Shown one piece after another: positions 21,401 through 34,800 of a DNA stretch of 64,000 bases. Under the pieces are notes generated by a model. The model was not told where the DNA came from. It did no database searches and saw nothing but the letters and a program-made list of their open reading frames with translations. Source of the DNA: Orbicella franksi (taxonomy: Eukaryota); contig OZ116710.1 in assembly GCA_964199315.1 (NCBI GenBank), forward strand, positions 4,278,001 to 4,342,000, given 5' to 3'. The first letter of the stretch is position 1; each line of letters begins with the position of its first letter. A program made the translations under genes and the position numbers.

Positions 21401-24400
21401 GGGCATTGCCTCAGTCATAATTTTGTTCTTGCTTTGGCCCTGTAAGAGTTTGTACATGTAGGAGCTCTGTGGGAGTTTGTACAGATTTGAAATTTGATTG
21501 AAAACTCTGACAAATGTCTGCCCTTTTCCTATAAAAAACTGCAAATTATAAATTAAATTTAAAAAACATTACCTGCTGTACCCTCTTTCTTTTGTGCTAG
21601 CACTTCTGCATGCATTTGAGTAATTTTGGGTTACCTACCTGATAGAGGAAAAAGATCAGAAACTTATTTTGAATTCATACATGTACAGAATGATTGGATT
21701 GTCTCTGGACTAAATTATGTCTTCTTTGCTGCAGGCTATTGTGGACTACCAAAGTAAAGGAAAGGCTTATGAATGCACACAGTATGTAACATCAACCCAG
21801 CCTGAATTTTAGGGAATTAGTGTAATCATTTTTCCAGAGGCCATGATCTTTTTGATAAGCACCCAAGAGTCAAAGCCTCTGGGTAAACTTGTAAAGAGAG
21901 CCAGATTAGCCACAGTGGCTACATATTTGTTGAGAAACCATTGTTGGACTTGGACCTGTGAGCACAATCTAACCAAACCAAGTTTTTTTGTTTACTGTGT
22001 TTTGTTCTGTCCGATGCATTGGGCATTGTTATCAGTGTGTAGTGTCCTTGATGGCTATCATGCATGTTTGACTCTTAATCAGGCAGTCTGGGTTTCAGAA
22101 CTGGCTAGGGTCACTGAGTGGAGTTCTTTGTTTAGTCACTGAATTGCATTTAGATCACATTGCCTGTCTCCATGCAGGTGTATAAGTGGGTACCTGCGAA
22201 ATGCTAGGGTGATCTGGTAGTATGTCAGAGGGCTAAACTTTGATGGACTTGCAGCTCAAACAGGGGGATTAAGCAAATCTCTGAGTTGTTTGTCCTTTGG
22301 AAGCAGCAATAAGTCTCAGTGGTGTGGCTAGGTGCTCTGAATCTCACTGAAACTTTATCTTTCATCGTTGATGTACATGTAGGTATTAATCATTGACCAA
22401 TATGCCTTGTACTTTTGTTTACAGATATCAACAGCTGTTGCATCGTAATCTAGTGTACCTAGCCACACTGGCCGATTCCACCCAAAGCATGCAGAACACC
22501 ATTCCTGTATGTGGATAATTTGTAATGCAATAATTTGTTTCCATTTCAGCAGAATGATCGTAACTAGACTGTGAATAGTACTTTTGTTCTTTCCACCAAA
22601 AATTGCTTGGTTACAACACATCATTTTGTGGAGCCACATCAAATTAAGAGAAAGAACAAAACTCTGGCTATATGGTCCGGCCTGAGTAAGGTGTCTGCTC
22701 CATGATTGACTGTGACAATTGATTTTTAGCAAAAATATAAAGTGATGCTTTACAATCTAAACTAATGCTTTTCAATATTTACATGTAACCTCTTATTCTA
22801 TTTCACTTGCATCTGGCGTTAATTCTCTGATACCCCCAGCCCCCAATTCAATGTTGTGGAGGACCGGTTCTGTTAGTCTGTGCAGTCTTAGAAATAGAAA
22901 AATCAACATTATTTGGGAGGAAATGGGGGGGGGGGGGGGGGATGTTTCTAAGATGCTCAAAAATTGAATTTCACTGTGAAGTGTCTCAACACTTTTGTCA
23001 CTGATTGATAGTATACTGATCTACACTTTCTTGAAGTGCCTTCTATTGGTGTCTTTAGTTAGTCTTCTCTTCTCTTATTGACTCTAGCATGTCATGCCGT
23101 GTCAGTCAAGCATCTGGCGAGCTAACCAAGGGTCTTTGATGATGTCGATGTATAGGTCTACCATCTCTTTGTGATATCACTTGTAATGGTAAAACTTTAC
23201 TTCTTATCACTGGCTCTTTCTTTGAACAGGCTCCTGGCTCACAAAGTGGTCCCAGTATGAAGACACCTCCAGCATCAGTGACGCCACCTTCTGGGTCTGG
23301 CATGCTTCAGCCAGGGCTACCTGACATGACATCAAACTCAGGCTCATCTACAGACATGATGCCAAGTGCACCAGGATTGACAGCTGGAATGCCTTCTGGA
23401 ATGAACGATCCTTTGAAATCCAACATGCCTCCACAACTTGGAGGAATCAGTGGTCCTAGCACAGCTGGGTACGGTGCTAGCTCAGTTGGTGGGATGGGAC
23501 AGTCAACGTCGTCACCTCCACAACTGCAGCATCCGCCAATGACAGCACAGAGCCACATGGGCTACCCAGGTAACCCTTCTCAAAGCCAACCAGGCCGATC
23601 CGTTGCGCCGCCCACAATGTCAGGACCAATGGGGAATTTACCACCTCAGGTGCCTATTCAGTCTCATGCACCACCCATGGGCCAACACATGATGTCGCAG
23701 AATCAACAACAATCTCAGCAATACATGATGCAGCAGAGACAGATGCAGTTCAGACAAGGAGCACCTCAGCAGGTCAGTAGATTTTCAATACCAAACTTCT
23801 CCTCATTAGGTTACAAGGCAGACAGGTAGCACAAATCAGGAAAATCAGTTCAGTTGCTAGCAGTTCAGCTTCTAGCAAATTCACAGGTGCTGAAAAGACT
23901 GAGAGAATCATATTAGTTTGGAAGTTGATTTAATATTGCAACTCAACTGTAGTACATATGCGTTTAAGACTTGAGTACAGTGTAAATGTAGTTAGGAAAT
24001 GACATAGTCAATAAAAGTGCCGTTTTTTTGTCACTGACTTGTATATTTTAGCAAGATGTTTCGGCTAACTCTTAACTAACTCTCTTATCTAGTACATAAT
24101 TTACATGTACATTGACTCTTTGGCTTGCTCATTTGAAGATCTCTTTTTGAACATTGGTAGTCAAGACTGTTTTTTAGTTTTAATTATTATAAATATTAAT
24201 AAGATTCCTAAGGTGAGGTACTCAGTTATAACTGCAGTATATGTAACAAGTGTAAAGCCCTTTTGGGGTTTCAAATTTGTGATTTTACGTTGACTTTTTC
24301 TGGTTAAAGACTTTGTGTTGCCTATATGTGGTACGCTACTTACTGAGGAGTTTTTGGGGGATCCCAAGAGGTCCAATGCAGGGTTGTAATGGTCATGTGA

Positions 24401-25006
24401 AATAATTGTTGTAGCATCAATTTCATTTACATGTTCTGGATACTATTTGGATGAGGTTTGATGTACCTACTGACATGTATGTAAAGACTCAGTAGTGGTT
24501 AATTCATTTACACTTCCCAGTCACACTAATACAGCTGTACGTACTTATTCCCAAGTTGTGCCCTCCTGGGACTCATTTGGGTGTTGTACAGGACAGGTAT
24601 TATTCTTTGGATGATTTACTTCCTTATTGTTCTGGCTTTCCTACCTACATGTTGTCAATTGTATGTTTTCTGGTCATATTTGTTATCTCTATCCAACTCA
24701 GCCATTTTTGTATCACAGATGCCTCAACAACAGCAGTCATTGTCACACAGTCACCCTGGATATGGGCCACCTACCTCAGGAGGAATGCCATCAGGAGGCA
24801 TGATGGCAGGCTACCCCTCACAACAACAAACACAAAGATACAATCCTTACCGACAGCCACCTCAGCAACAAGGCTTATCACACATGCCCTACCCAACACA
24901 ACAACAGCCATCTCCAATGCAAGGGCAGTCAGTTATGGGACAACAACCATCGCTGGGTCAAGCACCAGTTGGACAGTCACCCATGCAGCAACCACCCCTT
25001 GTGTGA
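18499..25006 (+). CDS. SS18: SS18/SS18L1-like BAF-complex subunit (SSXT/SNH domain + QPGY-rich region); join(18499..18561,21069..21098,21735..21781,22425..22506,23230..23772,24719..25006), 350 aa
   Basis: MSMTFVSGRQRPEPSQQTVQS|LLDENSQLIQ|AIVDYQSKGKAYECTQ|YQQLLHRNLVYLATLADS matches the SSXT domain. All junctions are GT-AG with consistent phases. Q/P/G/M-rich C-terminus. Confidence 0.93.
19040..19230. repeat. Fragment of an interspersed repeat (related fragment at ~55790-55990)
   Basis: GGGGTGCGGGGCCATGCTCACCGGGAAATTTTGCAAATTTAGG...CCTGCATTTTGGAG, a common invertebrate non-autonomous element core (recalled). Boundaries uncertain. Confidence 0.5.
22040..22330 (+). mobile_element. Degenerate tRNA-derived SINE
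   Basis: Diverged match to the copy at 46222-46500 (CAGGTGTATAAGTGGGTACC core; GATGGACT). Confidence 0.55.
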
Positions 25007-25019
25007 CTGACATAATCAG

Positions 25020-25215
25020 TTGCAAGATTGTGTGACATGATTTGTTATAAGTTTGTGACATGACTTGTGGCAAGGTTGTGTGACAATGCAATGTGATTTT
25101 GTGGTAAGGTTGTGTTGTATTAGTTGACAGGATTGTGACATTTGTGATGAGCTTGTGTGACACGTATTGCTACATGATTGAGTGACACGATTAGTGCCGA
25201 GATTGTGTGACAGTC
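25020..25215 (+). repeat. Degenerate 22-25-bp minisatellite (TGTGACA core) directly after the SS18 stop
   Basis: (T/A)GTGACA at 25031, 25054, 25079, 25134, 25156, 25181 and 25206. Confidence 0.8.
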
Positions 25216-25385
25216 ACTCACATAATTTGTCAAGATCTTAAAACCACATTGTGGTTCTAATGTAATGCCATAGGTTCTCCAGTTACTTCTTTTCAGGTCA
25301 CACCATTCACAAGAACTAAGATAGAACTTTCTCCTTTCATGGGAAAAAGTCATCACAGATTAAGTTGAGTCAGACTTGGTAAATA

Positions 25386-25836
25386 CAGTGGAACCCCATT
25401 AATATAGTCACCAATGGGCCATGAAAAGTTGGCCATATCAACAGGGTCACCGGATTAACGGATCAATCCTCATGACTGGTCTAAATTGAGTGACTCTTAA
25501 CAGATATATCAAGACTTTAATAATTAGCATCCAGAGTGCAGATATAACTTTAGAAAAATTGAAACTTCAATCAATTCATACAATATTAACAAAGGAAAAA
25601 TGAACAATTTATTGAACATTACTGGTTGGAGTGGCCATATAAATGGGGTAAAATTATAAAGGATTATCCGGGTTGGTATTTCAAAATGTGGCTGTTGGCC
25701 GTATTAACAGTTTGGCCCCATTAATTGGGTTTTCTTATAAGAGAATGTATGGGTGTTTTGCAGGGACAAAATGAAGTGACTAATATTTAATGAGGTGACC
25801 ATATCTAGGGGGTGACCATAAAGCAGGGTTCCACTG
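25386..25836. mobile_element. Tc1/mariner-pogo-type MITE
   Basis: TIRs CAGTGGAACCC / GGGTTCCACTG with a TA TSD (25384-25385, 25837-25838). Confidence 0.88.
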
Positions 25837-26540
25837 TAGCTGACTTTTATATCATACTATTTGTTACGTACAGTGCTGTATGCACATGTATATCACTTTG
25901 TTTTTTACCAAATGAATATGACGAGAATTAGGAAAAGGCTTCCTTGTAGAGTTCACAGAAGGTATCAAACTGGTTTGGTCAAGTTATCGGTTATTCCTTT
26001 ATGTTAAACACTATTTATTCACTGCTTTTCAAGTTTTGGAAACTTGTTTTCTTTGGAGTTATCCAATGTGAACTATTTACTTTTAACAATATTAGATAAA
26101 AGGAAGTTAGGCTGAGGTTTAAAGCTGTCCGTTATTGTTTATATTCCAACCCTCAAATTACTAACTTCCTACTACCTAGTGATTGAACTGTCATATTTTG
26201 TCCCACTAGGCCAGATCCTGTGTAGTCAGTCATACTACCTTTTCCCAGGCTGTCATGGTTACCGTATGTTGCATGACATTTTTCCCCTTAGATAAAGTGA
26301 TTTGAGTGTGTCCTAAATGACGATTTAGCATCCAGAACTCAGCTGGATCCAAAGACACCTTTCTCTAAGTACACAGCAATTTGAGGTGGATTCATGCTGC
26401 CTTAAAAATGTCTGGGTTTGCTAGCTATCCCTTCACCTAACATGCAGAAAATTTAATATCTCAAACAAATCAGCAAAACCGAATCTTGCACAGCTAGAGG
26501 TTGGATAAATCCGTCTTTTTACCAGGGTGACACGAGTTAA

Positions 26541-26757
26541 TAGGGAGGTTAAGCATGATGTGTACGGCAAACGGCAAACGGCAAAAATGAAACTTGCGCC
26601 ATCTCTCTTCAGCTGTGTGTACAGTAGAGTGAAATTATTTGTATTTACAATGAATAGTAGTGGACGTTATTCCATTTTTGTGTGCATTATTTACGGATTA
26701 GAAGAAAAGAACTCTGCCGTTTGCCCTCTGCTGTTAACGTCATGCTTAACCTCTCTA
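26541..26757. mobile_element. TA-flanked TIR MITE
   Basis: TAGGGAGGTTAAGCATGA / TCATGCTTAACCTCTCTA, with internal (ACGGCAA) subrepeats. Confidence 0.8.
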
Positions 26758-28886
26758 ATGCCCAGCTGGCTGGTGGAAAATGAAAAGAAAAATCTTAGTG
26801 AGAACCATACAATTATTATTACCTGGCCTAAAAGTCTTATTAACTCTCACTAGTTCATTTTATGTACTGATAACTGAATGGACCTTTTTGTCACACTTTT
26901 CCAATGCTTTCGTATTTCAAACTAATAACTAAGCCTCGCCACTCTTAATCATACAAACTCAGGAGAGTACGGGACCCCAAACTTGGCAATTTTTACAAAG
27001 AAGTGTCAGCAGGCAAGTGTTGTCCCCAGAGACATTTTTTGTTAAAAAAAAAAGATTGCTTTGTTTGGGGGTCCATAATTTTGCAAGTTTGCAACTGATA
27101 TTCATGAAACTTCATATATTTTCTAAACTCAGTGCAATAAATTGATCTATGGAAGGTTTTGTTCTTGTACATGAGATACAAAAGTGTTGATATTGCTTGA
27201 TGTCAGTGAAAAGGTCCATTGACAGTCTTTGTAATTATATGTAAGAGCCGTATGTGCAACTAGGTTTTCAGTGGTAAGCCTTTGGCAGCCAGTGACTTAG
27301 CTATAAACAGTATTGCTCTTTTAGCATTCCTGGACTTGGTGCATGTTCAATAAACTTGATTCGCTCAGTAGGAGAATGTCACTCTAACTTTAGTGGTGTA
27401 GTTGATTTTGTCAGCTTCAAACCCAGTGTGCGTGTGGTGTGCCACGAAATGCCTTGTGATGGGCTGCACGTGTGCACTAGCAACAATAGGCACCATCCTT
27501 TGCATACATTTAGAGTCTACCCAAAATTGATTTGGTAACATCTACGAGAAATGACCATACTGGCAAAATATTGGCCACGGTTTCTCTCCGCAAGGCAAGG
27601 TCCATACAAGAAAGACCGAGTGTAATGTTTGGGTGACCCAGTCCCAAGCTGCCCAGCAGTTGCATATGCAAAACAAAGGCAAGCAGCGATTGTAATTGCA
27701 AAGCATCTAACATTTTGTTTTCAGATTTGTTGCTAAACTCGGAGTAATTTCTCTTACACTCAATTTGCTTACTTGTAGTCTGAAGTCACATTCTGCATCA
27801 ACCCCTTTTGTCCCACAGAACTGAGAGAGGACTAAGGGAAATGGTTTACCAAATTCACAGCAATTTTGAAAGTTATTTTTAAAAAAAGTTTTGTTTAACA
27901 CTAAACTTTTTTCCAGAAGTTGTTTTGCAGATGTGTAGATTCAAGTGGAAAAGTAAAATAAATGGTTATGGGCATTTACATTGTAAAAGTATACATCTTT
28001 TAAGCTCCATTCACGGAAATGATATTTTTATTACTAACAATGAAGCCAAGATTAACTTACTCAGTGAGAACAGCCCAACTATTAACAAAAAGACAAAGAT
28101 TTAACAATGAAACCACAACAATTATTGTTGAACAACATTCATTTTAATGTTTCAGGCCTTTGATTTCCATTAACAAGATTTCAATTAACATACGTGAACC
28201 ATATTCTCTTGATTAAGTGTCCTGAGCTACAAATCTGACTTGTGTGTTTATTAACTAGGGCTTTTTATTCAGTGTACAACAGAACTAGGGATGTGTTTGG
28301 CAGGATTATTTTGTTTTTACTGGGGAAATTGGAGCAGGAAAATGCTCATGATATGTCTTGTGCACCAATGCATCCCGCTGGTTCAATAAATATTTTTACA
28401 TAAACTTTTATTTCATAAAAGACCCGGTAAATTCGTTCTCACTTTGGTCTAAATTACTGATGGAATGGAGAACAATATTGACGTTTGTTTCCACTCCTTA
28501 ATAGTGACACCAAATGAAAAAAATATGGCACACGCACTAATGAATACAACTTTTGCCTATATAGGTTACCATAAGTCTCTTTACAGATCTTTTTGTACAC
28601 CGGGAGTCATAAAGGTTAACAAATAGACTTTTCTAAGAAATAATTGTACAAAAATTGTGAAGGAGCCATGTAAAGTCCACAGTGAATTCATCAGTGTTGA
28701 CTCTGACGATAGTGTTGACAAGTTTTTATCTGTACAAAAGAATTAATCCCAAGATACATAGTGCTCAATCATGAGTAACACTACTGTACGTGGTCAGACC
28801 ACAAAAACGTTATTTGCATATTTTTCTATAATTTCAAAAAACAAAAAAGAGCCCTAGGACTTTTTTAAAAGCCATGTTTAGAAGCT

Positions 28887-31800
28887 TTATGCCTTGGCTG
28901 TTGCTTGATCATTTGCTGTCTGAAAGAAAAAAAAAGATATTTCAATATGCAGTTGATTCTGGCTAAAACACAACAAGCAACTAACTGATGACAATATCTA
29001 TCAATCAGCAACAACACAAAACAACTGGTTACATGTAAGTCAGGACATGTGACAAAAAGACATTCTATATGGGTTAAAAATGTCACATGCATCATCAATC
29101 ATTTAAGGTTTGCCACATGCTAACACTGAGTCTCCATCAAAGTAGAATACAGCTGGTATTGTTTTATCAGGTTCAACCTGGCTCAAATGTGGACACTGAA
29201 ATGTCCGTCGAAGTTTTCATAGCGTTGTACAGCTATACGCTTTAATATTATCAATATTAACTGTATATCCTAGTTTCAAAAGCTAACAGTCACACATAAG
29301 GCTGTAGAGCCGTAGAGCCGTAGATCAGTATAGATATATAATCCTGAATATGTGGGTGTAGATCTGATCTACCTAAGCCACTGGTATAATTATTTTATTT
29401 ATTGTTTTTCTAAACGCATAGCTATAGCCAGTTTGGTCTTTTTTCTTTTGAGTACTTTGTATGCAAGCTATCTCATATTCCACTAAATTTTACTCTTTTA
29501 TATTGCTTAAAGTTATAACCTCTACGGTTCTACTTGTTACAGCCGTAGAGTTGTATAATGGTTAAAAATCGTGAAAGAGGTAATGTTATTCTTTGGTTTT
29601 TACCAGTACATCTATCCTGTTGTTGTTCTAGGTTCAGCCGCAGCATTTATATTCGCTTTAGAAAGTAGAGTAGTATAATGAACTAGTTTAGGTGATAAAC
29701 ATAGACACAATAATGTTAGAGATATAACATAGAAAGAAAAAATGTAGAAAAACTTTGAGTTTTAACATAACAAATTTAGGTAAAAGATAATCAAAAATAT
29801 GAGATTAAAGCATTTCAAATAATAGCGGTACATTTAGTCAAAACACTCTCGGGGAAAAAATATTAAAAGAGGAGAATATTGTCCAGGACCTGTTTTGATT
29901 TTTCATTTTGGAAAAATGTGGAATACATAAATGTTAAAAAATAATACATTGGTTGCCATGGCAACACAAATGCACATTAGGGGATAAATAACCAGGGAAA
30001 AGTTAAAATAGGGCAAGGTGATGTTCGGAATGACCGTTGTTTATTGAAGGCAGGTATAGGCGTATAGGCATAGAACTCTACGGAAACTTCTACACCCAAT
30101 AGAGTGTCCAAATTCGGACCACACTTGTATACAGGTTAGCAAGTACAGATGAACCTTCAAATAGGAGTTCCTTCATCCAGGGATCACCTGAGGTGACATT
30201 TTGTTCTTATTGATGACTTGACAAGTGGATGCTACAGTTAACCAAACTTTGAATAATTTGATGATGAATCGAGTAACATTTGATACCCATCTAGATCGTG
30301 TTTATTTGTGACATGTTCAGGCTTAGATGCAACTGACATCAGCACAAAAATGTTCTTTCAACAGCACCACAAAAATTGCACTGTAGGCACGGTCAGACAC
30401 TGGTCACACATTCCACTACCACAGCTGTAAAAGAGGACTGACAGAAGACTTGTGCAACCTAGAGCACAACTTAGTAGTGACTAGGTTCAAATGTGACCAT
30501 TAAACTTCCTGCATTCTTGTTAAGTGTAGGATTAGTTTGTCAATGTGTGAGGATGCAAGGAGTGACATGGTTTATTACAACTCCTCCACATCTTCTCTCT
30601 CTTATCACAAACAAAAGTGCCTTGTCAAGCAAAACCTTAAGTTAAAAAGGTTCTTGGGAATAACTTACCACTGATGGACCATTGGGTATATTTTTTGGTA
30701 ATCTGTCATCACCATTTATAGGGTAATCTACCCAGGCCTTTTGGCGGCCACCTCTTGAACCACCACGGCCACCTCGCCAACCTCCACGGCCACTACGCCC
30801 ACTGTCTTCACGTCCTTGATATCTGCTTCCACCTCGACCACCTCTATATCCACCACGGCCTCTTCCTCTTCCCCGACCGCCTCGTCGCATACCACCAGTT
30901 ACACCAAATGTCTCAATGTTTACTTTGCGTTCTTGTTGCCATGAAGGGTGTGCCCTTAAAAAGAACAATACAACGAGAATTCTATATAGCATCAACAAAC
31001 AAGATATATAATTTATTTTGTTACAAAAAGAAACATCAACAACAACAACAACAACAACACAAGACCAGGAAGTTGAATACTGCATTATTTTCTTCCATGC
31101 AGTAACATTTCCATCATCACGTTGAATGAAAGTATTTGGGGGTACAGCATGTAAATTTTCCTGAAGTGTCCCAAATTAATAAGCAAATGTTGAGTGCAAA
31201 CATTACCTTTCTAAATTGATTAAATAAATAGAGTATCAATTTCAAATTAATAGGAACATGAAAACAAAATGACAAAAACAACAACAACAAAATCAAAAGA
31301 TATCACAAGTCAAGCTGAAAATACTGCAACCTACATTTCGGTATAAAAACACTTTACTATCGCTAAAAACCTAATAACTGTTTGTTAGTCACATAAAAAG
31401 ACAAGGCAAATCCTGTTGATGGAGTCACACACGTACTACAATTAGTAAACCTTTGAAAGAGTTCCACAAATCAAAAACTACCTTCTGTTTTTGTCTCTAT
31501 CATTTGCCTCACAAGAGATAGAGTCAAAGAAAGACTTGGAGCTATCATAAAAACTTTCAGGACTCTGTGGATGACAGTCATGGACGATATCATTTCCAGA
31601 AGTACTGTTTTCTGTACTTTCATCCTAAAAACAGCAGCATACCATTAATGGAGCTACAAGCAAAAGCCAAACTGTGGCTAATATTTCAGGATCAGCCTTT
31701 TGTCACTGGTAACCAAACTGCATTGTCTTAAAGTGGGTGGCAACAACTTCCTGCACTTTTCCAATGCCTCTAACTTGACACTTGACAGATGAATACTACT

Positions 31801-34800
31801 ACTGTTCATCACGCGATGCTACAATAACGGTATCACATAAATGCCCAGACACTGGTGAATCAAAAATGGTAATCTTTTTGGCCAAATAGGTTACCATAGC
31901 AACGGAACAACCAGTCAACTTTGCACCTCGTGGTAGCAATTTGTAGAGAGACTTAAAGAGTCTTACTCAGGCAAACAGTTTGAACAATGCATAGAGCAAC
32001 TATTCACTGGTGAAGGTACTTCAAATGATGTCTATTTGGCTAAATGTCTATAATGTCAGTAACCATGGACAGTAAATCTGAAGCTGGTATCTTATTATAA
32101 ACCATCTCTTGGCTTCCATTTGCCTCCTGTGTTTCCACTTAGTGGATTTTTCTCCAAAACACGTACAGGTACAAATAAGACACAAGCAGTTGTTTACCTC
32201 ATCTGCAATCCTTAGATTTTCATGGAGTTTCTGTTGAAGTTCCTCTTCAATCTCCTCCTTGTTAAACTTGGCATTTGAACTCTCAAAGTCAAACTCCCCT
32301 TCAAATTTGACTGGATCACCACCAGTTCGTGGTTTAGAACCTCTTGCACCCGAGTCTCCTCTTCTTCCACGAGTACGACGATTACCACCTTGTAGAAAAT
32401 AACATAGATGCTATGAATCATTATATAATATTTAAGATAGTATGCATGCTCTCATTGCTCAATAGGTGTTTACAGTACCAGTCAAAGGGACTGCAGCATT
32501 ACACACGCATTAAGAGTGTGTACTACACGCACATTACAAAATTACTCACAATCGTTCAACTGGAACTCATTAAGTGCATGTAATGAGAACGAAATATTAA
32601 AAGTATGTGTAATGAAAACAAAACATTTGCTGTGTAACATTTACTGTACTGGACTGCACTGCGATGCAGTTTAGTCTTTCGCCTTCTTGCTTCTGGTCAT
32701 CAAACGTTTCCGATAGAATCAACCAGTTTCCTTAAACCGGCTTACCGCTTTACAGTGAAAGTATTCTTCTGTTGCAGTTTCAACAAAGAGCGCCAGCGGT
32801 GGGCAGGAATGCTAGCTAGGATTCACTGAAATAACAGAACATGAACATATAATGTCGCTTTCAATTTTAAATCACACCAATTAGTGTACTTTACGATTCT
32901 TTGCTGTTTAAGATTAAGAGACAATCTGCGAGTTTCTGTTGAATCCCTATTTCATTGTTATCGAAGGAACAGGAGTTGAAAATGACATTACTTGCGTGGG
33001 TAAACATTATGTTGCGACGTACGTCGTACATGTTTTAACGTAAACGAAAGCTCAGAGATCTTTAAGAATTAAGTTTTGATGTTAAGCAGAAGTGCGGACT
33101 GCTACAGATTAAGAAAGAGCATTTGTTTGATAGGTGCTCGAGCTAGTCCAGTAATTTAGCAATGCTTGTCGGCTTTTCAACTTACGTTTTGTTGTGAACA
33201 TTGAAAGTTGGGTGTTTTGAATACAAGTTAGTAGTGACTTTTTGTTTTACAAAATACACGCAACTGCGTGTATGAATAACAAAGGTTTCTTGCTCCAATG
33301 AAAATACACGCATTTGCGTAAAATTACTTGCAAATGCGTGTAACTACCAGATCAGTAAATTTTACCAGGTGTAATTACATGCACCTTACATGCACCATCC
33401 ACGCACTGTCCACAAATACTACACGCAGACTACACGCATTTTACGTGCCTGTAGGTGCTGCAATTCCTTTGACCGGTACTGTAGATAATAGCATATAAAC
33501 ACAGTTACACTGTATCGAATTATTTTATTTTTGAGAACTTTTATAAAAGCAATAGAGGACTTTTTCCCATGTTCACATAGCCTCATCTTAACACTCAAAA
33601 ATTTTGCAAACCCTTGATTGCATCTCCAGCTAGCATAACTACCTCAAATGCTGCAAATCAACGTCACGTCACAATGAGGCTATGTAAACATGGAAAAATG
33701 TCCTCTATTACTTAAATATAAAAAAGCTATATTTTTTGCGATAATCTAAAGTGAAGTCATGGTAGGTTTAACAGCACCACTGCCAATACTACAATGATTA
33801 TTGGTTATTGGATTATTATTACTACAGTCAACTCTCTCATAGCGACCACTCCTTGTAAGCGACCACTTTGTAAATAACTGTTTTGTTTCTCAGTCATATA
33901 CTGTTCCAAGAGCTCTCTCTTAAGTGAATACTACTTAAATTTCTTAAGTGCCTGCAACATAGGCCAGAAGTTTGACATACTCTTTTGTTTTCTGTTTCCG
34001 GTAAGCGACCACCCAACATGTTCACGTACTGTATGATTGTTACAAAATCTTTACTCAGAAGTGACAAAAGTTCAGTTTAACACTAACTGGAGTGATGACA
34101 GATAATAGCTGTTTACAAGCAAAGAAGATGTCTATAATTAGATCTTGGGTAAACAGGAATTGTTACAGTGATCTGTTGCAAACTGTTACACAAAGTTTCA
34201 GTCGGAGAATCGAAAAAAAAATCAAACAACTTAGTTTCTATTTGCCTAATTTCAGCTGATAACATAATATCTCTATGTAATTGATCAGTCAATCTAGCAC
34301 TGGGCTTAATTTGTTGATTTTTTCCCATAATGGACCACCTACCGTAAGCAACCACTTAGTCTTGCACCAAGGGTTGTCGCTTATAAGAGAGTTGACTGTA
34401 ATTTTTTCACTCTTCCATGGACACCATAGTTTCATTGCTCCCCTTTGGTTATGAATGTACCAATTTATCAATTTACCAATTCACATTTTTAGCACAATGG
34501 AACTCTTTCAAATTAATTACTTTTTTTCATACTATACCTTGTCTTTGTCTCTGGGGTTCAGCTGACTGATTTGTTCCACTTGATTCCTTATTGGTGTTTT
34601 CTTTATCCTTCGTCTCTTGTTTCTTCTTTTCTTGTACTACAGCCTCAGTCTTGTCCTCAGAGCTTCTTCTAGAAGATGTTCGGGACGAGGGTCTCCTTTT
34701 TGTCTGTACAGTTTGAGTTCCTTGTTGAGCTGTATTTTTATCTTTAGTGTCATCACTTTTAACTTCATGGTTACTGGAGCCGGGTGCTTCAGGTAATACA

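Noticed and set aside
27510-27901. Small ORFs between the SS18 and LSM14 3' ends
   Set aside because: No domain similarity, no convincing splice context, and lengths expected by chance.
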